Of a stretch of DNA of 64,000 nt, positions 46,746 to 58,700 are shown piece after piece; within the stretch, counting starts at the first letter, position 1, and every line of letters starts with the position of its first letter. The stretch comes from a virus. Taxonomy: Duplodnaviria; Caudoviricetes. The notes below the pieces were generated by a model. That model was not told the origin of the DNA, made no database searches, and worked only from the letters and a program-made list of their open reading frames with translations. The translations under genes were made by a program, and so were the position numbers. Where the stretch lies: IMG/VR virus record IMGVR_UViG_3300042862_000163, positions 1 through 64,000 of that record. One strand, given 5' to 3'.

Positions 46746-49700
46746 ATGCCAGATTTTGATAAAAACTTACAACCTATCATAAAAGATAGTTCTATTCCTT
46801 TTGAACATATTAACATTGGTGCGCCTAAACCTGCTGCTCCAATTAATGTAGGTAGTAATGATTTTAGTTTACCAACTCTTGCTAAAAATGATGATGATGT
46901 ATTTGCAATATTAGATAATATTTCAAGAACTACAGACTTCAATGAGAAGGGTGCTTTTGTTACAAATGCTACATTAAAAGCAAATCAAAGATATAAAGAA
47001 TATAATCCTATAATAGCAAACCAAGAAGACTTTGCAGCATATGGTCAAGGATCAGCTGAGAAAGCATTTAATGGTGTTGTTAAAGGAGCTAATCTTGTAG
47101 GTACTACAATTGCAGGTGGATTTGGTATGTTGTATGGTGCAGGTAAGGCTATACTTCCTGGTGGAAAGTTTTCTGATATATGGGATAATCCTATTATGCA
47201 AGGACTTGATAAATGGAATAATAAAGTTGACCAAGAGTATCTTCCTAATTACTATACAGATAAAGAGAAGAATGCTGAGTGGTATCAGAGAGATAACTGG
47301 ATGACAACAAACTTTCTATTTGATAAGTTAATTAAAAATTCAGGATTTGCTGTTGGTGCTATGGTTTCTGGTAATATAGCAAATGGTGTATTAGGAGCAG
47401 CTGGTGCTGCACTTGGTGGATTTGCTGCAGAAGGTGCATTGTTAGCTGAAGCATCACAAGGATTTAAATTATTTACTCCTCTGTTAAGAGGTACAGCAAG
47501 AGCATTCAGTGCTGCTAAAAATGTTGAAGCAGCTGCTATATTAGAAAAAAATCTATCTTCTATTGCTAATATAACTTCTCAAGCAGCTGAGTTAGAAGTA
47601 TTAGGCATTGCTAAATCTACTTTGAAATACGCAGGTTTTAATGATGCTGCTAGAAGAACTGCTATTGCTGCTTATTCATCTGCAGGAGAAGCATCTTTTG
47701 AAGCATTGCAAACATCTAATGAATATAAAAAATCTTTAATTCAAAAATATACTAATGAAAATGGACATGCTCCTACAGGAATAGATTTAGAAAATATTAA
47801 TGATTTAACAGCAAGTGTTGGTGCAACATCTTTCTTAGGAAACATGGCTTTACTTACAGTTACTGAGTTTCAACAATTACCTAACTTATTAGGTTCATCA
47901 TATAAAACAACAAAGAATGCTGCCAATAGTTTACTTGGTAAAGTTGACAATGTTATTTTAAAAGATGGAAAATATGTATCTGATGTAGTAGCACCATCTA
48001 CAAGATTTGGTAAATTATATGGTTCTGCAAAAAGAGTAGGAGGATATATGTTTGATCCAAAAGAAGGTGGTCAAGAAATAGGACAGTATGCGTTACAAGT
48101 TGGTACACAGCATTATTTTGAAAAAGGAAAACAAAATAGAAGTTCATCTGATGTACTAGATGCTATTTTGGAAAGTGCTCAATATGGTTTCTTAGATGAA
48201 AAGAAAGGAGCATTAAGATCTAAAGAAGGAATTGAAGGAGGTATTATAGGAGCTCTTACTGGAGGAGTTATGCAAACATTTGGTGCTAATGGAACAATTG
48301 CTGAAAATAAACAAGTAAAAACAAATACCGAAAAGTTTATAAATGGATTAAATGATGCACCAACATTTCAACAAGCATTCTTACAAAGAATGGAAAGTAT
48401 CAATAGAGGAGTAGCATTACAAAAACAATATCAAGATGCAGTTATACAAGGAGATAAATTAGAAGCGTTAGATACACAAACTGACATGATGCATAACTAT
48501 TTAACTTCTCGTATAAATTATGGAAAGTTTGACATGGTTATGGATGACATTACTGAGTTAAAACAAATGGGTATGTCTAAAGAAGGACTAGCTACATTAA
48601 AAGAACAAGGAATAGGTAACATCGAAGATACTGTTGATTCATTTCAGAAGAGACTTAATAATTTTGAACAAATAGCAAAGAATACAAATGATATAATTAA
48701 ATCTACTAATCTAAGATTTTCTGGAGAAGTATTAACAGATGAAGATAATAATCCAATATTATCTCCTGACGGTAAACAACTTAGAAAATATTCTCCATAT
48801 GTTATTGATAAATTAGTTTACGCAGCTAGTAAAATAGCTGATTATGATGTTCGTATACCTTTAGTTAATCAATCATTATCTGCTACAGGAATAAATACTT
48901 TTGATGTATTACAAAGCATCATTAAAAATAACAAACCTAGCAGAGAAGCTACAGATGAAGTATTAAAACAGATCAATGACATGGATGTATTATCTGATGT
49001 CAAAGATGGTCTTAAAACAGTATTGTCTGATACTATAGAACTTTCTTTACGTAGAAAAACTTTCATGCAAGAGTATGATGATATCAAAAGAAAACCATTA
49101 AACTATGAAACAAAACCTGAATTTCTTTTTGGAGCTTCAGAAGAACTTGATGTTAAAGTAGAGCAACAAGAAAAAGTTAAAGGAAAAAGAAAACCTTTAA
49201 TTACAGAGAAAGAGTTAGAAGTTAATAAAGAATATTCTTTAAAGGAACCTTTAAGAAAAGAAGGATCTACATTACAGCTTGCTCCAAAAATCACTGTGCT
49301 TTCTCAAACACTAGGAGGTGAGTTTGAAGTGAGACTTCCTAATGGTCAGATAAAATTTATTACACCAACAGAGTTTAAAAATTATAATATTTCTGATGAA
49401 GATAATACTTCTGACGAAATGGAAACTATATTTGATAAAGCTATTGATACTGTATTAGATAGAGAAGAATATCTTGAATATAACATTGAACTTAAAACAG
49501 CAGGACCTAAAAATGTTTATGATAAAAGAGCATTTGTTAATGATCTAGATAATCAAAAACTTATTGATGCTATTGAAAAAGAATTCAATAAACAAGCTGG
49601 AGAACTTATTGAGAAAAAAGAAAAACAAATAGCACAGCAAAAACAACTTATTCAGAATAAAGAACAAATAATAAAACAACAAACTGAATTAGAACATGAT

Positions 49701-52700
49701 TCAGGATCTATAGCAACCAGTAATCAAATTCCTGCTGAACCTTTTAAAGAAGGTAAGCTTATTGATGCTGAAGCATTATTTCTTTCTAGCACAACAGAGT
49801 CTGAAGGAATAGAAGATGCTACAAAATCAGCACAGCATATTAAAAACTCTAGAGTATTTTTAAATAACATTGCTGAGTTTCCTAATAGATCTAATATAAG
49901 AGCTATATTATTAACACCTAAACAAGTAGCTGGATTAAACCTTAATGGTTTAGTTCAGATGTCTTATGGGAAAGAATCAACAGTTAGTGTTGACTCTATA
50001 GAAGATGTTAATAGTATAGATAATGGATTTGTTGCTCAAGTATTTGTAGAGCAAAACAAAGATGGTTTATTTTATGTAAATAAAGAAGGAAAAATAATTG
50101 GTAAAGTTGGAGAAGACTTAGGTGATAGTCTTAGAGATGTTATATTCCAAACAATGCGTACCACTTCTTTACATTATAGAAATGGTAATCCAAGATATAG
50201 ATCTGAACAAGAAGATGAGGCTAGAGCTTATGCAGCAGCATGGAAAGCGTATAGAACAAAATTATTTAATGCAGGAGCTACAGAGTTTCCTACATTTGAA
50301 TTCTTTGTATCTAGTGGTATTCCTATTGAAATAAAAACTGCAGAGGGAATTAAAGAAAAAAATCATGTAGGAGGTATATTAATCAAAGAAGAATTAATAA
50401 CTAACCAAGCAAATTTAATTGTAATTCCAACTAAAAAAACTATAACTAATAGTAGAGGAGAAATACAAAAAGCTGCTAATGGTGTACCTATGTTACAATA
50501 TGGAGATACATTACAATTTTTAAACAATAGATCTTTCAATAATAGAGAAGCAGAAGGTATATATGAAACTATTAGAAGAATTGCTAATCAAACTGTAGAA
50601 CAATCTAATACAGGACAAGCAATAAGTTTCAATAGACAATTTACTAAGTTTTTACAAAATGTATTGTATTGGAAATCAAAAGCTGATACAGCATCTCCAA
50701 ACCAAATTGGTATAGATGTTAATACATTGAGTTTAAATCTTGGTAATAAAAGTTTTCCATTAGCTGAAATAGATAATTATAAAAAAGAAATAATTGATCA
50801 TTTAACAGATACTGAAACATTCAACAGTATTAATACTAAAACATTAACTGATTTACAATCAGCTCCTTTTGAAGAGTGGTATATAAACCAAGAAGGAAAC
50901 TTTGTTTCAAGTAAATGGGCAAACTACCAAACATATTTATTATCTAGTACATATCCAAGTGGTAAAGCTAGACCAATAGGTGATACACCTCTTTCCACTT
51001 CTATAGCTAAGCCTACAGAAGCAATTCCTTATTCTTTTCAACAAAGATATTCTACAATAACACAACCAGATGATTTTAATGTACAAGTAATTGTTGCTAC
51101 TGCAAAAAAAGAAGAAAAGAAAGAAGAAGCTCCTGCACCAAAAACATTTGAATTTAAAGCTGGTCCTGTAGAATATACATCACAGGAAGATGCTGATGGT
51201 AATTTTATTGTTGAAGTGGAAAGAAATGCAACAACAAAAGCTGTAGCTGCTGATACAAATTCTTTAGATGTAGTAATTAATGCATTAAAGGCTGCTGACA
51301 AATTTGATGCTTCTATTCCAAAAGGGCAAGAAGAAACATATGTTACAGATTTTATGGCTATGCAAATAGCTGCTTCATTAAAAGCTGAGAATTTAAAACA
51401 ACAAGAAGCTCCAGTAGCTGAAGAAGTGGTACAACCAATGGCTCCACCAGAAGTTGTAGCTCAACAAGATATAGAAAAAAGAAAAACAAAAGTTATATCT
51501 TCTGAAGTTGTAGAAAAAGGAAGTAGAAAAGGTCAAACAAGAACTGTGACACAAACTAATTCTATAGAAGAAGTAGAAGGTACGCTTGTAAGTGTAACAG
51601 AGTATGAAGCAAAAGTTGGAGACACTACCGTAACATTAGGAGGGAAAACAATGACTGTTAAAGAATTTAAAGAAGAGTTTCCCTTAGATGAAGATTATGA
51701 AGGAATATTTGAAGGTCTGGATGATGATGCAAAAATTACAGTAAGAAAAGTAAAAAGAACTCCTACTAATTCAAGATTTGATAGTATTGTAAGTATTATG
51801 TCTGCCGAGTTTGGTAAAATGGATGTAGGTACTAAAAAAAATGATAATACTTATAATGCAGAACTAGCTGCTTTAGAAGGTGGTGAAGAAACAAATATAG
51901 GTAAAGAGATTATAGCTGTTGCTCCTTTCAATAAAGGAACCATCACTGGTAAAATAGTAAGTGTAATAGAAAACAAAGCTAAAAAAGGATTGTATTCTAT
52001 TATATTAGATAATGGAGAAAGAGTTTCAGGAAGTTTTGAAGACAATAAATTTACTTGGATAAAAGAAGAAGAAACTCCTCCTAGTGAATTTCCTAGTGGA
52101 GATTTTAGAAGAGTTGGTTTAAATGATAAAGATAGAATGACTGATGCTGACTTTGAAATATTCAAAGAATGGGCAGCAGAAACGCTTCCTTTGATTCCAT
52201 GGGAAGATTTAGAACACATGATTACAATTAGCCCTAATGAAAAAGCTTGGGGTGTATTTGAAAATGGTGTAGCTAAATTTGTTAAAGGAGGTCTTAGAGG
52301 TACTGAGTATCATGAAGTTATGGAAGCTGTTTGGAAAGGTTTATTAACATCTGAACAAAGACAAGCTCTTCTTAATGAATTTAAAAATAAAAATGGATTT
52401 TTTACAGATAGACAAACAGGTAAAAAGATTCCTTTTCTTGAAGCTACTGACTTACAAGCTAAAGAAAGAATAATGGATGACTTTTCTGATTTTAGACTTG
52501 GTAAAATTCCAGCTAGATCATTAGGAGAATTTGTTCGTAGATTATTTAATAAAATATTAAACTTCTTTAAAACTTTTAATAATAAACCTTCTCTAAAACA
52601 AGAATTATTTGAAGCTATTAATGCAGGTAAGTTTAAAGAAAAAGCATTATCTCCTGAATCAATAACTTCTGCTCCTGAATATAGAACTGTAGAAGACTTA

Positions 52701-55700
52701 ACTGTACAACAAGCCAATAACTTTGTACAAGATATATTAGCTAGAGCTTCTGGTATATTATTTAGAGATGGAGAAAAAGGATTATTATTTAATCCTCAAG
52801 GAATTACTGGTACAGAAATGTTTAATAAAGTTGAAGAAATGTATATTAAAGAAGGTAGAAGACAATTACTTTCTGATAATGCATGGGAACAACTTAAAGA
52901 AAGAGTTAAAGATAAATTAAGAATACAAGGAATCAACTTTAACGAGGAAGAAGTTCATAATATAAACAATGATGAAACAAATAAAAATGATTATGTTTCT
53001 GATCCATTCACTGTAGAAGGTAAAAAGAGTGCTACACCAGCTGTTAAGTTTTTATTATCTACACAAATTGAAAGAGAATCTACTAATCAAGAAAGTGCTA
53101 TTACATTAAATACACCACCTCCTAGTTATTCTGAAATGAAGGTAAAAGGATTTCCTATTAAAGGATATAAACTTATGGACTATAGTAGAACATTTGCTAC
53201 ATTATTAGATAAACTTTCTAATTCATCAAGTGTTTCTAAATTTACAGATAAGTTATTTAACCTAGCCCAGGATGATGCTAACTATGTAGGTGTGTTTCAA
53301 AAAATTGGTGGTAAAGATAAAGTGATTCCATTCAGTGAGTTTAAAGCTAATGACTGGAGATTGTTTATTGATTTCATGCAAACATTTGCTAGACAGAAAC
53401 CAGATGCATTAATTCAATACAAATCTATTGACAGTGTTCACACTGGTGCAGCTAATCTATTTACTGCTAATAAACAAACACAACAGTATTGGATGGAGAA
53501 TATAAAAACTTTAGCCAAAGGAACAGGAACTATTGTTAATTTTAATAACAAGACTTACACAATAGATCAAGAAGCTCTTCAATCAATGCCTTTAAGAAAA
53601 TCTAAAGACATGGTTGCATTCTTAAATGCTATCGGTATAGAGTTTGATCTTGATACATATAATAAATTAAAGTCTTATCAGAAAACAGGTAAAAATGGCT
53701 TTAATGAACAAGTACAAAGTATATATGCATTCTTTGGTAGTAATAATAATTTGATGAGCATATCAGGTAAGACACTTGATATCGATGGACCATTAAGTAG
53801 ATTAGCTGAATTATATAATACAGTTAACAATCCTTCACAAGAAAGTACATACTTTGGTGTGGAGAATCAACGTATTGGTGCATTTTCAGAAAATAATGCT
53901 CCATCTATATTTGAAAATGAATTTAATGAAGCAGATACATTAACTGAATTAAAACAAACAAGAACTGAACTTAATGATATATTCTCTGCAGGTAGTCAAG
54001 TATTGAAAGAGGGTGGTTTGTTTTATGATAAAGATGGTAAACAAATAAAAGAATTCAAATTATCTTATATACAAGGAGAAGATAATCAAGATACTGATAA
54101 AGGAACTTCTACATCTAAATTAAAAATTGGAGATAGATATACATTAGAGATTAATCAAAATCTTAATGGTAAATATTATATATTGATGCCTGCTGATGGA
54201 TCTACAGAATGGATGATGAACATAGGTAACAATGTTTCATTTGATTCTATAGCAGCTGGATCATATACAGACATCAATGCTATATTCAAGGGATACTTGA
54301 TGGATGACATTAATTTAGCTTTAGATTATAAAACTAGAGAAAAACTATTAAATGTTGGTGATAAAGCAAAAGAGTTACGTTTCTTCAAAGATATATTAGC
54401 TGATGAGCAATTAGAAGCAATCAATAAAATGATTGAGGATAATGAATCATTAGATGATATTAAAAAATACATAGATACAAACATAGGTGCTATTAATAAT
54501 TCTGTAAAAGAATTTATTGATGGTATGAATGTAGGAACAAAGAATGTATTAGTAGAAAACAAGAAAATTGTAGTAGGAGAAAAAACATCTAAGTATTTAG
54601 ATTTAGATGGTAACTTTGCTAAAGCTAATTCATTAAATAAAAATGCATTAACAGAAAAATCTGTTAATGATATAATTAATTTTGCTAATGTAAATTATAT
54701 TATTGCTAATATAGAATATCATAAGATTTTATTTGGTGATCCTTATCAATTTGCTGTTAAGAAAGATGGGTCTTTAGATCAAACTAAACGTATCAAATCT
54801 TGGTTATCTCCTAGAAGAACTACATTTGATTCTGCTGAGTTTAATACATTCTTAAATAACAATGCAAATGAAACTGATGGTATTAAAGTAGATGAATATG
54901 TATATGATGCTAAAACTAATACATGGACTGGAGACTTAGGTGGTCACAAATTTAAATCTCATACTAATACTATAACTATTAAAGATGTTACTACAGCAGG
55001 TAGCTTAGCTAATATCAATAAATTGTTTGGTGATAATAATGAAGCAGATGCTGTATCATGGTTGATGGATACTACTCACAGAGAAGTTAAACTTAAAAAT
55101 AAACAATGGGATTTAGAAGGACCAGAAGAAAAATTCTTTCAATGGCAAATGGCTTTTACAAGAACAAATCTTCCTGGATATAAGTATTCAAACTCTGCAT
55201 TAGAAGCTCATGATAAAGCTTTGATGGAAACTGAAATGCCTAAACATAAACTTGAAATATTAAAACCAATTGTTACAGGTAATAAGTTTAATAAAAATAA
55301 TTTTGATCAAGTGTTAGATAAGTTCTCTCAAGTACCTGTCTACTACAGTATGGTAAAAGGAACTAACCTTGAGAAACTTTATATACAAATGATGAAACAA
55401 CAAATAGGATATGCTATTGTTGAATCAGGTAGAAAGGTGGGTACACAAGAAAAACATAGTCTTTATAATGGAGATGGTTCATTTAATACTGAAGCTTTTT
55501 CTGAAGAATCAATTGTACAAGTTCCATGGAAAGCTTATGGTATACAAGTAGAAACTGCTAGTAGTGATAATAAAACACAAACTAGAGGATCTCAGCTTAC
55601 TAAGTTAGCTAGTATGGATATATTTGATAATGGAGAAGCATCTAGTGTTGAAGCTGAAAAAGAATACAATAGAAATAAAGACATTCTTGATTTAATGCAT

Positions 55701-58700
55701 TCTAATGGTTACAAAGAACTTCTTATTGATTTAGGTATAGAAGATCTTGGTACTGAGTTTGTAATGAAAGATGGTACATCTATATCAGAAACATTAATGA
55801 GAGAAATGTTAAGAAGAGAAGTATCAGATAATTCAAAAGATACTCTTGAACTTAATGAAGAAAATCAATTCATTATCCCATTTGAAGCATCCCCTTCTTA
55901 TACACAGATTAGAAGTATTCTTTATTCTATGATAGATAAAGCTATTGGTTCTCCTAAAATGACTGGAGGAGCGCATGTACAAATGCCTGCAACAATGCTT
56001 GAATCTGCTACTAAAGGTAGAAGTATTGTTATGAAGAATGAGAAAGGAATTTGGGAGAAGATAACAAAAGAGAAGTATGCTACATTAAATGCTGCACAAA
56101 AAGCTAATGTTATGCTTACAGATGATACATTGAAATTTTACACAAGAACTGAAAAATGGTGTGAAGTTTATATGCCTCATTGGTTTAAAGATAAGTTCAA
56201 AGGTAAATTTAAAAATGATAGAGAATTATTAAACTATCTTAATGGTACAACAGAAGGAAAAGCTATTCTTTCTGGTATTGGATTTAGAATTCCTACACAA
56301 GCACTATCTTCTGTTGAGGTGTTTAGAGTGAAAGGGTTTCTTCCACAATACATGGGAGCAACAGTTGTTGTACCATCAGAAATTACTACTAAAGCAGGAT
56401 CAGATTTTGATATTGATAAATTGAACATGTATCTTAAATCTGTATATGTAGATAGTAAAGGTGACATCAAGTTAGTTAAGTATTTAGATTCTGAAGAAGC
56501 TACAAAAGAATTTTTTAGTAGAATATATGATGAAACTATTTTAAAAGATATACAAAAGATCAAAGACTCTGATGCATTTAGAGAAGAGTTGTATAACTTT
56601 CTTGATCCTACAAGAGTTGTTTCAGAAGTAGGAGCTATAAGACAACAAGTTTTTTATGATCAAAATGAAGCAATCATTAATGAGATTATATCACAAGCAG
56701 ATGCTGCTGATAAAGATCCTGTAGATTACATCAATAATCAGATTCAAATGTTAGCTGGTAAAGAAGCCAAGTTAAATGCTAAATTATTAAATGATACATT
56801 AAGAAATAGATATGTTAAAGAGATGTATAAAAATTCTCTTGAGAATGAATACTATGATTCTCTTGAGAAACTTATAACATTACCAGAAAACTTTGATAGA
56901 CTTATCTCTCCTATTGATGATGCAGGATTAAAAAAATTAGCAGGTGAATTAGATACATTAAGACAAACTGATGAGACTAGTATTCCAAATAGAATTCTTA
57001 ATAGAAACTTTATGACTTCTTTAAGAAACTCGTTTGTAATGGGTAAAAAATGGGTAGGTATTGTAGCTGTTAATATTACAAACCTTTCATTGAAACAAAA
57101 GAGTCAAGTGTACATTGATCCTAAAAGATTTCAACTTGTATCTTTAGATGATCAAGTGTTATTAGGAGATGGAACCATAGCTTTAAAACATAATACAACT
57201 AAAGTTAATGGTGAAGAGTTTGTATCTTTATCAGGAACTACAGTGAAAGATTCTACAGAATTAATATCTAACAGATTATCTGGATACGCAACTGCTGTAG
57301 TGGATGTAGCTAAAGATGACTTTATTACTAGAATTATACAATCAGATCTTGTTATAGGTACATTTATGTTCCTTGAGAATATAGGTGCAGGAAGACAGAC
57401 AGCTTTCTTCTTGAATCAACCTATTATATCTGAGTATTTAAAAATTGTAAATGCTAACAATGCATCTAACTTATTTGATAAAAAGAACATCGAATTAGTT
57501 AAAGATAAGTTTGGATCAAAGGTTACATTTATTAAATCTAGCACAATAAATCTTGATAATTTAGAAAGTAATATTTCTGATTATTATTCTGATGTAAAAT
57601 TTGATGAAACTAGAAATGCAGAACAGTTAAAGATATTCTCTGAATTCCTTAAGTATGCTAAAATGGCTGAATATAATTTCAGTTTTACACAAGCTACTAA
57701 TTATGATACAAGTAGATTTGGATCTGGAGATATGTTTGCTAGAAAAGAATGGCAAACACAAGCAGCTAAGGATGTAAACATAATATCTTCTGTAGAAAAT
57801 ATACTTAATTCTACTTTTATAGGTAAACAATCTAAGTTTATGTCTAAATCAATGCAAGCAATGAGTGCTGTATTTAATCTAGAAAGAGATGACTTGAGAA
57901 TTATTACAGAAAGTATAATGAAGGTTTATGGTAAGAACAAGTATTTAAGTCAAGAGAATTTTAATAAAATTTCTAATAAAGCTAAAATGGCTTTCTTAGA
58001 CTATATTATACAGACTAAGACAGAATTGAGTGATAGAACATATGCATTACTTATCAATCCAAAGTCATGTGTTGCTGTTAAGTTAGAGAGAGCAAAAATA
58101 AGATATCCATTTATTCAAATTCTAAAAGAGTTACAAGTTACTCCATCTGATAGAATAGATGGAGCTAAGAGTATTCAACTTAGAGTTAACGATAAATCTG
58201 CTGAAAGTGAAAACTTAAATCAGGAAATGATGAGAGAGCTTAGAGATTACAATGAAGAAACAAAAGAACTATATAATGATATTGTATCAGTTGCTATCCT
58301 TCAAGGAAGTTATCAATCAGCAATATCTATAAAGAATATTATTCCTATTGAAGATTATTCTGCTATTGTAACTCCTGTTGTAACTTCTATATCTTCAACA
58401 GAATCATTAAAAGCATTCAGTGAAGGATTCTTTGAAAGAAATAATTTTGATGATCAATTGATTATGCCTAGAGTGATTCCTTTCTTTAAAGAGAAAGTAG
58501 AACCAGGTGATGATCCATTTTCAGAATATAGAAGATACACATCTGATTCATTTCCTACATTAGAAGGATTAGGTCTTGATACAATGGACAGACAAGTTAT
58601 GCTTATTACAGATAAGTACAATCAAAAAGCTATGAATAGTAATTATGTAGCTGTAAATAAAGTTACAAAACTTAAAGATGGTACAAGAGTAGATATAACA

